Position numbers and translations under genes: made by a program | Part shown: positions 1-9,166 of the stretch, piece by piece | Layout of the letters: the number at the start of each line of letters is the position of its first letter | Numbering within the stretch: the first letter of the stretch is position 1 | The notes under the pieces: generated by a model | The model's database searches: none | Told to the model about the DNA's origin: nothing | Seen by the model: the letters and a program-made list of their open reading frames with translations, nothing else | Origin: Octopus sinensis | Lineage: Eukaryota | Assembly: GCF_006345805.1 (NCBI RefSeq) | Contig: NW_021836954.1 | Span: 1-22,083, forward strand | Direction of reading: 5' to 3' | DNA length: 22,083 bases

Positions 1-44
<44 letters not shown>

Positions 45-78
45 TAGTTTCAGCGCAGAGCTGCGGCAATGCTGATAG

Positions 79-159
<81 letters not shown>

Positions 160-175
160 ATATATATATATATAA
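1..175. repeat. (TA)n microsatellite interrupted at about 43-78 by a short SINE-like 3' end remnant
   Basis: TA repeat read directly. The insert ctagtttcagcgcagagctgcggcaatgctg resembles cttgtttcagccatttggttgcagctatgctg at 965-997. Confidence 0.85.
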
Positions 176-539
176 AATAGACCTATGAGTATTTCGCTTT
201 CATACGAAAAAAAGCTGCGCGAATTGGTTCCATACTTGGGGTGCAAGAATAATTTGACCTCGGGATACATAATAGGGTCTTCATTTTATTTTTTTTTATA
301 AAAGATAAATAATATTACTTTATATATATGATTCACTTTTTAAAAAAGGTTTTTCAGTGTCAAAATTTTACTGAAATTAACGAACAAAACCAGCTGTTCA
401 TTTTAGCCTTTCTGCAGGTTCAACCGAAAGAATGCCAAAATATGTGACTGAAACGAACATTTATCAGCAAATGAACGACGGCAGACTATATCATTAAAAA
501 ATTATTAGAATCAAGACCCGGAGGCGGTCTTTCTGCTAG
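160..539 (+). mobile_element. Probable non-autonomous Helitron (about 380 bp)
   Basis: 3' end has hairpin AAGACC-cggaggc-GGTCTT (513-531), then tctg-CTAG (536-539) followed by T, the canonical Helitron 3' signature. The 5' end emerges from tatatataaaa; no clear 5' TC, so the start is uncertain. Confidence 0.55.
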
Positions 540-670
540 TGTATAGTAGAAAATATTTGGCACAGAATTATATATTTGAAAAAATGAATAGAAATGTTAC
601 ATATCAGCAGTGTAACTACATGCATGCTGTTGGCGATTTCTTTTTCTTCTTTGGACTTTTCCCTTTCTCC

Positions 671-703
671 TTTCCAACGAAGAACTATGCTCGAAACGTC
701 AAA
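671..703 (+). ncRNA. Degenerate minimal type I hammerhead ribozyme motif (Penelope-like element type), probably inactive
   Basis: ttt-CCAACGA-a-GAAC-tat-GCTC-GAAAC-GTC-aaa matches stem I / CUGANGA / stem II / GAAA / palindromic stem III / GUC with two core transitions and one stem II mismatch. Confidence 0.35.
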
Positions 704-771
704 CTCCGAGCGTCAAGTTAATACATTTCTTGCGCACGTCCTCTTGTTCGTTAATTTTACTAGTTTATTTG

Positions 772-778
<7 letters not shown>

Positions 779-813
<35 letters not shown>

Positions 814-837
814 TATGTATGTCTGTATGTATGTGTA

Positions 838-913
<76 letters not shown>

Positions 914-945
914 CATCTTTATCTACCTGCCTATCTATCTGTTTA
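779..945. repeat. Compound (TA)n/(TATG)n/(TCTA)n microsatellite
   Basis: Direct reading; it explains the low-complexity ORFs 594-1010 and 808-1056. Confidence 0.95.
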
Positions 946-954
946 ATATTCTTT

Positions 955-1345
955 TATTCTTTTACTTGTTTCAGCCATTTGGTTGCAGCTATGCTGGAGC
1001 ACTACCATAATAAGTTTTTAGTCGAAGAAATCGACCCCAGGGCTTATTCTTTGTAAGCCTAGTACTTATTCTATCAGTCCTTTTTGCCAAACCGTTAAGT
1101 TACGGGGACGTAAATACACCATCATCGGTTGTTAAGCGGCGGTGGGGGGACAAACACAGACATAAAGACCCACTCACACAAATAGATACATACATAAAAG
1201 ACAGGTCTCCTTCTTTCAGTTTCCGTCTACCAAATCCACTCACAAGGCTTTGGTCGGCCCGAGACTATAGTAGAAACACTTGCCCAAGGTGCCATGTGGT
1301 TGGGAAGCAAGCTCCTTTCCACACAGCAACACCTACGTCTATATA
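955..1345 (-). mobile_element. Composite tRNA-derived SINE (head carries a CORE-like ccttgggcaagtg motif; microsatellite-like linker; 3' unit)
   Basis: Minus strand reads gtgtggaaaggagcttgcttcccaaccacatggcaccttgggcaagtg...; the 3' unit contains gatagaataagtact and ctggggtcgatttcttcgac, shared with the other SINE family in the window. Family identity is from recall of octopus repeats. Confidence 0.65.
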
Positions 1346-1789
1346 TCTCAATAATACTAAAACTCTAGAGGCGTTTGTGTGTATCCTAAATACCTCCGAA
1401 ATTGTATATTTTATGTTAATTTTTTTTGCATATTTATTTTCATACTTTCCTTCGGCAGTGCAGTACAAATTTTTGTGATATTTGGACCTCTATTTAAACA
1501 ATTAAACACAATTTTTGTTTGTTATTTCTTTACGAAAAAATCATGTTTTCCCTGACGTCAACACATGTCGAATACACACACATGTATTGAATGTCATGGC
1601 GTGTCAATCAACACAAACACACATCCGCTATCTGTGACATATACACACACATAACCTTCGCACTCTCTAAGAAAAAGCGTCGACTTTTTGACGTACACAA
1701 TATTTTCATCATTTAGAAATATTTTTAACTGAATGTGATTTCATCATCTGGAGTTCGTTAATTTCTGTAAATTTTTTTTATTTATTCAC

Positions 1790-1835
1790 TTTTGTTTTAA
1801 AGTGAAAGAGAAGAGAAAGTGAAAGGTGTATGTAC

Positions 1836-1898
<63 letters not shown>

Positions 1899-2117
1899 GA
1901 ATTGAGAGAGAGAGAGAGAGAGAGGACGAGAGAGAGAAAGAGAGAGAGGAAGAGAGAGAGAGAAAGAGAGAGAGTGAATGAAGGGTTGTGTTGTCACGTA
2001 TACGATCATACATTAATACATATGCGTACTTCTTTTTTGTATGTATGTGTGCATGTGTGTGTGTGTGTGAGAGAGAGTGAGGGAGTAAACGCGTGTGTTC
2101 TCATGTATGTGTAAGTG

Positions 2118-2163
<46 letters not shown>

Positions 2164-2227
2164 GTCTATTTCATATACACGCTCATATAACTTTCACTTT
2201 CTCCTCTCTCTCAATTTAAAACAAAAA
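1790..2227. repeat. Imperfect inverted repeat (foldback) built around (GA)n/(CT)n and (GT)n/(CA)n tracts
   Basis: tttgttttaaagtgaaagagaagagaaagtgaaagg...gtgtgtgagagag (from 1790) is the reverse complement of ctctctcacacacac...ctttcactttctcctctctctcaatttaaaacaaaa (to 2227), including the non-microsatellite parts. Confidence 0.55.
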
Positions 2228-2489
2228 TAACAGGTGATTTTCAGGATGAAAATTATTTAAATAAATGCTTCTGCTCATGTAAATTGATTACCATTTTTTG
2301 GATAGTTCCAATTAAATAAGTCCAGAAGTTAGGTTAAATATATAGACATGCATAAGTATCATGAATTCCCATTCTACAAACTGGCAAACAATTCCGTGAA
2401 TAGTTCACTGGGCAACACTGGGTAGTAAGTAATACACCTGTTTGTTGTTTATGCACCTGTCTTCGTCTTTTGTTTTTTGTAAATTCGAA

Positions 2490-2491
<2 letters not shown>

Positions 2492-2550
<59 letters not shown>
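2492..2550. repeat. (CA)n microsatellite
   Basis: Direct reading. Confidence 0.95.
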
Positions 2551-2553
<3 letters not shown>

Positions 2554-3435
2554 GGTGCGATGGGTAAATTATCACCATTTTATATTTTTAATTTTGCGCA
2601 TGAGCATTGTTTGTTTTTTATTTTGTCGACTACACAGTATAATAGGGTTAGTTGGGCACCGTCTATGAGAAAATCAGCACCGTGACGCAATTCACTCTGC
2701 CCGAAATTTGGAAACAACATCCTGTACTGCTTGGCATTCGATCCGGAAGTTCCAATATGAACATTTCAGAGTGTTTGGGTGTCAATCTGAGGACAGTGCA
2801 TTCTGAGAACATGTACCGACTGTGATAAAAATCAAACACCCAGTCAACATCATGGTGTTTGGAGTGATCACTAGTGATGGCGACGTTATGCCCCCGTTCT
2901 TTTTCTCACTCGGCTTCAGACTCAACACGGAGGCCTATACCTAGTTCCTGGAGGAGATAGTGCTGCTCTGGATCAAGAGGGTGGCTCCTGGAAGACCCTA
3001 TGTCTGGCAACAGGACTCTGCACCATGCCACACAAGCAGGAGAACTCAGTGATGGCTATCAGACAATTTCTGCGACTACATCACTCCTATCATCTGGCTA
3101 CCTATCTCCCCAGACTGCAACCCCCTTGATTATTATGTGTGGAGCGTAGTTGAGCGAGAGACCAACAAAACTCATTGTAACATCAAAGATGAACTGAAGG
3201 TAAGGATTATGGCAGCATTCACCAACTTAAAGAGACCGTCCAGAAGAATTGCAGGAGATTCCGAAGTTGTCTGGAAGCCGTGTTTGAAGTCAATGGCGAT
3301 TTTACTGAATAAATTTACTGTTTAGTATTTCAAGTTATTTTTATGTAATTTTGATAAATATATCAATTAAAATGAGATGTCAGTGTTATTTTCATTTTTG
3401 CATAATTTAGACGATAATATATTCATTGCACCCTT
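2551..3435 (+). mobile_element. Internally deleted Tc1/mariner DNA transposon, DD37D (maT-like) type
   Basis: Imperfect TIRs of about 24 bp (agggtgcgatgggtaaattatc at 2552; reverse complement agggtgcaatgaatatattatc ending at 3434), TA at the right flank, and transposase remnants inside. Confidence 0.85.
2683..3312 (+). pseudogene. Transposase pseudogene (N-terminal HTH start fused by deletion to the catalytic C-terminal half)
   Basis: The N-terminus reads ...ISECLGVNLRTV. From 2822: KHPVNIMVFGVITSDG...WQQDSAPCH...SPDCNPLDYYVWSVVE, with two in-frame stops. A frameshift near 3230 leads to ETVQKNCRRFRSCLEAVFEVNGDFTE*. 37 residues lie between the second and third catalytic D. Confidence 0.85.
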
Positions 3436-3439
3436 TATA

Positions 3440-3560
3440 CATATATAATAAACGCGAAATTCTGTCTGTCCGTACGAGACCCCTCTATTTCAGTCTATAT
3501 TTGCTCTATGTCGACATATTATCATATTATACCTTTTTGGGATCAGAATGATCCCGATAT
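3440..3560 (+). mobile_element. Possible 5' end of another Helitron-like repeat
   Basis: atatataataaacgcgaaattctgtctgtc start and a GGGATC-agaat-GATCCC hairpin near 3538-3554; no matching hairpin+CTAG 3' end found. Confidence 0.2.
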
Positions 3561-3647
3561 TAAAAGTCTGTTCTTCGTTTGGTTCTTGAATGCTAAATGT
3601 TGAAAATTCAAAATTTAAAACTCTAAACATTTGTGAACTTAACTTAC

Positions 3648-3713
3648 AAGATTTTCATTTAAACTGAATTTAAATTAAACAAGTCTTTCATTTAAACTGA
3701 ATTTAAATTAATA
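3648..3713. repeat. 33-bp tandem duplication (2 units)
   Basis: aagattttcatttaaactgaatttaaattaaac / aagtctttcatttaaactgaatttaaattaata. Confidence 0.85.
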
Positions 3714-4287
3714 CCAACACCTTGCCCCATCAGACTTAACCAAGGAGCCAAACAACAACAAAAATAACTCACACACGCACCTTTGGATCCCCCTCTCTCT
3801 ATTTCTCTTATTCTCACACTCTGTATCTTTATCTCTATATCTCTCTAAACATTCACATGTTTATCAAATGTATATAATGACATTTCCATATAATTCCTGT
3901 ATTTTTTTCTAAAAAAATACTTATCACCTGATTTAAATTCGCACTCGTTAATTTATATACACGCTACTTCACTTCATTTTACGCTCTCTTCTCTTCTCTT
4001 CTCTATGTCTACACATTTCTTTCTGTCTTTCTATCTTTTCTCGTTTTTCTTGTTTGTTTGTTTCGCTCTCTCCCTCACACACGTACACGGTCTCTTCGTT
4101 TCCCACTCTTACACATTTATCGCTTGATATCTCACACCTTCACGTCTCACCTTCTCAATACGCTCCATTCCACCATGCATCTATTACGTCACTAAATTTA
4201 CACCTCGATCTCTGCCAATGCTTGCCTTCTTGTCTGCCTGTATCTTTGCTAATTTCTTCTTATACATACCTGCATACATACATATAT

Positions 4288-4288
4288 T

Positions 4289-4340
<52 letters not shown>

Positions 4341-4341
4341 C

Positions 4342-4374
<33 letters not shown>

Positions 4375-4463
4375 CCTACCTACCTACCTACCTACCTACC
4401 TACCTACCTACTTACCTACCTACCTACCTACCTACCTACCTACCTACCTACCTACCTACCTAC

Positions 4464-4498
<35 letters not shown>

Positions 4499-4525
4499 CC
4501 TACCTACCTATCTATCTATCTATCT
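4288..4525. repeat. Compound (TCTA)n/(CCTA)n microsatellite
   Basis: Direct reading. Confidence 0.95.
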
Positions 4526-4719
4526 CACTCTCGTTCGTACATCAATCACGTGACTATATTTGCACCTCGTCCTCCCCCTACTTGCCTACATGATCCTTTT
4601 AGTCTCATCTCTCCCCGTCACGCACTTATCATACAACAATATCTGATATTCCTCCTTCATTATCTCTTAGCAAAAACATTTTCTATAATAATTGCTTCCT
4701 CTTTCCCCTCTCTTATTTC

Positions 4720-4731
4720 GTATATATATAT

Positions 4732-4778
<47 letters not shown>

Positions 4779-4882
4779 GTATGCTCGGTGTGCGCGCGCG
4801 TGTGTATGTGTTTGTAAATATACATACACACGCACATATATATATACATACATAAATATATATACATATTTCTATTTATAAC

Positions 4883-4935
<53 letters not shown>

Positions 4936-5092
4936 TATATGTATATACAGGTATATATATGCACATATATGCAGTAATATTTATATGTGAATATATGACT
5001 GGTATATATATATGTTATGTGAGTGTGTGAGTAGATGTGTGTGTGTGTGTGTGCGTGTGCGTGTGGGTGTGTGTGTGTGTGTGTCTGTGTGT
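4720..5092. repeat. (TA)n and (GT)n microsatellite-rich tract
   Basis: Direct reading. Confidence 0.9.
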
Positions 5093-5230
5093 TTATAAAT
5101 ACGTAGCTAATATTTTCATTAACTTTTTTTTTACTCTGTTTGACATCTCTCAGTCTCTGAAATATCGTAGCTATCTCATAATTGCATTATACATTTCTCT
5201 TGTGGATTCTTAGAAATTCCTTGAAAGGGG

Positions 5231-5365
5231 AAAATAAATAAATAAATAAATAAATAAATAAATACATAAATGAATATAATGTTACAACCACGTGGACGAT
5301 CACAAAGACGATGAAAACAAGAAGAAGAAGCAGAAGAAGAAGAAGAACAACAACAACAACAGCAA

Positions 5366-5401
<36 letters not shown>

Positions 5402-5402
5402 C
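5231..5402. repeat. (AAAT)n and (GAA)n/(CAA)n microsatellites
   Basis: Direct reading; explains the poly-C and poly-V ORFs. Confidence 0.9.
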
Positions 5403-5448
5403 GAAATAATACTGTTTTGAAATATTGAATCTCGAAGCACACATAATT

Positions 5449-5510
5449 TTGGGTTGAAAAATTCTTATGGATAGAAAAAGCCGAGGGCTGTCCAAGGATT
5501 TTCAACCCAA
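5449..5510. other. Pre-miRNA-sized imperfect hairpin
   Basis: ttgggttgaaaa-a-ttctt-at-ggatag [13-nt loop] ctgtcc-aagga-ttttcaacccaa gives 23 pairs (two G-U) with two small bulges. Confidence 0.5.
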
Positions 5511-6139
5511 TATTTGCATGCTTTTTATTATTTATAGCTTTACGTAAGCTTCGAGATCCATTATCCCCCAAAAAGAATTATTTCACATTCGCTCGAGAGC
5601 TTATAAAATTCTTGTGACGTCAATAGCAACACTAGCCGCTACTACAAAACATCCTACATCTCCACAGAAAAAAAGAGAAAACAAAAGAAAGCAATACTAC
5701 ACAGAAGGACATTTGGTTATAATATTTTGATGTCATAACTTTTCTTTCATTTTTGTCTTGTTTAATGATTCTTGTTATTAAATCGTTTCTTAAAGATATG
5801 CATCCATCCACTTGATGCACTCGTCTCTTCGGCAATGAACCAACGAGGAAGCTCTGTGTACGCTGTCGCTTGACTTGCTACGAAAAAAACCCCAGTCAAA
5901 CTTCCCTTAAATCACGTCTGAGCGCATTAAAATAAAAGGCGGTGGTAGTGCTGATGGTGGTAGTAGGGTGGAGAGACACAGTGGTGGATAATGTAACCGC
6001 AGATGTTACATGCAGAATGTCTGAAAATAAAAGACAAAATGGCGATGGCTGGAGATGTCTTGATCATAGGTGTGGTCAATTAGGTCTAATCGCAAGGGTG
6101 GTGGTGGTCTAAAACAACAAAGACAACAGCCGCAACAGT

Positions 6140-6330
6140 GGAGGCGCAATGGCCCAGTGGTTAGGGCAGCGGACTCGCGGTCGTAAGAACGCGGTTTCGA
6201 TTCCCAGACCGGGCATTGTGAGTGTTTATTGAGCAAAAACACCTAAGCTCCACGAGGCTCCGGCGGGTGGTGGTAGTGAACCCCGCTGTACTCTTTCACC
6301 ACAACTTTCTCTCACCCTTTCTTCCTACTT
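6140..6330 (+). mobile_element. tRNA-derived SINE
   Basis: A box TGGCCCAGTGG (6150-6160) and B box GGTTTCGATTCC (6193-6204) at tRNA spacing, followed by a non-tRNA body and a pyrimidine-rich end. Confidence 0.75.
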
Positions 6331-6964
6331 CTGCCACAAAGCAGAAGAACCATGGTGTAACCCACTATGGTGTGGTAAACTTTCAGACCCTAGTCTAGAT
6401 TGCGAATCCTCTGTACCCCAGGATGGTTCAGCTCTCCACCCGTTAAAAGCCACCGTTTACGGAATGAGCATAACAACGTAGCTTTTGCGCCCGTGCAACC
6501 GCCAGTCTATCGCGTGTGGTGGGTGGATCTTCAAGTTGCTACACGCATTCTTAGTAGCTTAGAGTAGGCTCGAATTAGAGATTATTCTTTGTGGCTAATG
6601 GCGTGAGTCCTGATTGGAAGAAGAAGAAGAAGACAGCAGCAACAACTATAACGACAATGGCGTCATCGATTTATTGATCTCTTCTGAATATATGGCGCCG
6701 CATTTTATATTGATAACTCATGATATTCTACATTGGTAGAATCATTACAGCTCCAGACAAAATGCCTTCCCGTATTTGTCCCGTGTCCGTATGTTGTGTG
6801 TTCAAATCTATCCGAGTTCAGCTTAGTCTTTTATCCTTCCGGAGTCGATGTGACTGTTTCCGCCTCATCATATTTCTGGTTTTGTTTGGAGATCGTTGGG
6901 CAGTGAATTGATTGGGAGAATCGTTTGAGCATCGACCAAAATGGCTGGTGGTATTCAGTTTCAT

Positions 6965-7192
6965 ATTTCTTTACTGTCCACAAGGGGCTACACACAGAGG
7001 GGACAAACAAGACAGACAAACGGATTAAGTCGAATATATCGACTCCAGTGCGTAACTGGTACTTATTTAATCGACCTCAAAAGGATGAAAGGCAAAGTCG
7101 ACCTCGGCGGAATTTGAACTCAGAATGTAAAGACAGACGAAATACCAAGCATTTCGCCTGGCGTGCTAACGTTTCTGCCAGCTTACCGCCTT
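6965..7192 (-). mobile_element. SINE, abundant family 1, tail subtype A
   Basis: The reverse complement aligns along its length with 17143-17375 (ctggcagaaacgttagcacgcc...gagttcaaattccgccgaggtcgactttgcctttcatcc...tccgtttgtc...gtaaagaaat). Confidence 0.85.
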
Positions 7193-7224
7193 CATATTTA
7201 GTTTCAGCTTTTATGAGTACATCA

Positions 7225-7608
7225 TGAGTTAAAATTTCACCAAGGTCAGATTTTCATTCCTTCGGGTCGATAAAATAAAGCATCAAAATGCCTTGTGCTA
7301 TTCAGTTGCACGTTTTACATCATGAGTTCATCTCCCGCTGAAGTCATCTTCTCTTTTCTTTCTTCTGGGTGGGCTATTCATTTTCCTCTAAACTTTTGCT
7401 CCTATATCACTGTAAAAAAATTACTTAAGGCGGTGTGTTGGAAGAATTGTTAGAGCATTGGACAAAACGCTTTGCGATGTTTGGTTCGGAGTTCAAATCA
7501 TGTCGAGATCATCTATCTCTTTTATCCTCTGGAAATCATTAGAAAATACAATTGAAATTGATATTATCAAGTAACTCCTTACCACAAATTTCTGGCCTTG
7601 TACCTACG

Positions 7609-7610
<2 letters not shown>
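7225..7610 (+). mobile_element. Two degenerate family 1 SINE pieces (about 7225-7285 and 7427-7610)
   Basis: Recognisable motifs gagttaaaatttc..aaggtc, ttcgggtcgataaaataag, aaggcggtg, gagttcaaat, aaatttctggccttgtacct. Confidence 0.55.

Positions 7611-7654
<44 letters not shown>
7611..7654. repeat. (GT)n microsatellite
   Basis: Direct reading. Confidence 0.95.
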
Positions 7655-7656
<2 letters not shown>

Positions 7657-7889
7657 CTTTGGGTAAAAGAAAATACAAGAATATCAGTTATGATTTTATT
7701 GAATATAATCCCTCTCAGATTCACACACTTATTGCAGCGGCCCTCTTTCTAAGCCCTATAAATGAATTCGGAAGGTTGGGCCTCTAACCAGGCCTTTCGC
7801 GACACCTTCAAAACCAGGAACGTTCCAGCTACCCCTCATATATTAGAAAAAGGGCGAACGATTGGCGGAACCCTTAGGCTTTTACATCC

Positions 7890-8175
7890 TGAGTCCAAAT
7901 TTCACGAAGGTCAACTTTGCCTTTCGTCCTTTCGAGGTCGGTTAAATAAAGTATCAGTCACGTGCAAAGTCGTGACTGATGGATTAGTCCTTTTCCTTCA
8001 GGACTGTTGGTTTTGTGAGCCTGAATCAGACATTATTGAGTTCAAATTCAGCTGCAAACAACTGTACCTCTCATCCTTTCAGAATCAAGAAAATAATGTA
8101 CCTGTGAAGTACTGGGGTCGATGTTATAGATTTAACCTCTTTCCTGATAACTGCTGGCATGGTGCAAAGATTTTT
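7890..8175 (+). mobile_element. Two degenerate family 1 SINE fragments (about 7890-7955 and 8035-8175)
   Basis: ctgagtccaaatttcacgaaggtcaactttgcctttcgtcctttcg; gagttcaaattc...gtactggggtcgat. Confidence 0.55.
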
Positions 8176-8180
8176 AACAA

Positions 8181-8270
8181 TTCTTCTTCTTCTTCTTCTT
8201 CTTCTTCTTCTTCTTCTTCTTCTTCTTCTTCTTCTTCTTCTTCTTCTTCTTCTTCTTCTTCTTCTTCTTC
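8181..8270. repeat. (TTC)30 microsatellite, i.e. a (GAA)n tail of the adjacent minus-strand R4 fragment
   Basis: Direct reading; it runs directly into the 3' UTR at 8271. Confidence 0.95.
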
Positions 8271-8545
8271 CATTTCTCGCCGAGTGTTTTCTGTACACCT
8301 AGGGCAGAGAAGCTCATTGTATACATTCCCGGATTACACACGCAAATTCACAGGTAAAATATGTATCTAAAAAAATTAATAAATAAATAAATTCATGAAT
8401 GGATGTTGTTTTCACAGCGACAATGCCCTTCTCAGTACATGAGTCGTTCCAGTTAACACAATTTTTTGCACTTCCTGTAGGGATGGTAAGCCTGGTATCA
8501 TTTTAAAAATAGGTTTCAATACCTTTTTTTTTTATCATTCCTAGA
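8271..8545 (-). mobile_element. 5'-truncated R4/Dong-like LINE fragment A (ORF C-terminus + 3' UTR)
   Basis: Minus strand encodes LGMIKK...MIPGLPSLQEVQKIVLTGTTHVLRRALSL* (stop 8412-8414), nearly identical in protein to the end of the full-length ORF; the 3' UTR end is homologous to 9190-9245. Confidence 0.85.
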
Positions 8546-8555
8546 GATACTATCA

Positions 8556-8732
8556 TTTGTACAAGTTGGATCCAAGACTCACCCAGAGACCTCAAGAGAC
8601 AAGTTGGAAGTTCATGCTGGTGTTATGCCTAGGGTGGCATATATTTGGTTTTGTACAAAGTGTTGTTCTAGAGAATGTTTAAGAAACCATAAGAAAATTA
8701 TGCTTGTTTTAAAACTTGAGATTACATAGAAA

Positions 8733-8734
<2 letters not shown>
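8556..8734 (-). mobile_element. 5'-truncated R4/Dong-like LINE fragment B (last codons LSM* + 3' UTR)
   Basis: Aligns with 13410-13580 (ttgtacaagttgg..ccaag.ctcacccagagacctcaagagac...ttgagattacatagaaagt); followed by (TTA)n at 8734-8768. Confidence 0.85.
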
Positions 8735-8768
<34 letters not shown>

Positions 8769-9093
8769 GAGTGAGAGAGCAGTTCATGCCATCAAAGTGA
8801 CACTGGGGTAAAATATACGAAGCCCAATATACCCATCATGACTACCCGTCTGATAAAGGTACACCAGGCACATGCATCACAACCATATGTGCGCGACATG
8901 GTGATCTCATATCAAGATAAACAGCACATGACCTTGCAGGTGGGGCCCAGTTAGAATTTTCTTCAGGTTGAGTAGCCCATCCCGCTCAAACGGTCCCTGA
9001 ATAAGGGTTGTTTAAGGATGTTGAAAGAACCACTTCCAATCAGTTAAGATCAGAAGCCATGAGAGCCACTGCCCGGTACTGCATCAGGGCATG
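8769..9093 (-). mobile_element. Short non-coding element flanked on both sides by (TTA)n, copy 1 (strand given relative to the TAA sense)
   Basis: 8769-9020 is the reverse complement of 14560-14793 with the same terminus (ctgctctctcactc next to the repeat array); no credible ORF and no A/B boxes seen. Confidence 0.75.
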
Positions 9094-9108
9094 TTATTAT
9101 TATTATTA

Positions 9109-9165
<57 letters not shown>
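9094..9165. repeat. (TTA)n array: tail/target at the 3' end of the full-length R4 element
   Basis: Direct reading. Confidence 0.95.

Positions 9166-9166
<1 letters not shown>

Noticed and set aside
43-78. Minus-strand palindrome plus CTAG as a Helitron 3' end
   Set aside because: CTAG is followed by A rather than T, and the sequence matches the 3' end of the SINE at 965-997 better.
418-497. Host terminal exon
   Set aside because: Only 26 codons, no recognisable protein, lies inside a probable Helitron, and no partner exons seen.
539-2114. Low-complexity ORFs (YLSI, ER and SL repeats); the same applies to those at 4054-5571, 8071-8298, 13783-14053, 14232-16191 and 18127-18412
   Set aside because: They are translations of microsatellites, with no domain motifs.
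6141-6215. Genuine tRNA gene
   Set aside because: The anticodon and acceptor stems do not pair properly, and a SINE body follows instead of a poly-T terminator.
7762-8370. 202-aa ORF
   Set aside because: It runs through SINE fragments, the TTC repeat and antisense LINE 3' UTR; a chance open frame.
9060-9093. Hammerhead ribozyme at the short element end (minus-strand ccctgatgcag)
   Set aside because: It reads CUGAUGC rather than CUGANGA, and there is no downstream GAAA with stem II.
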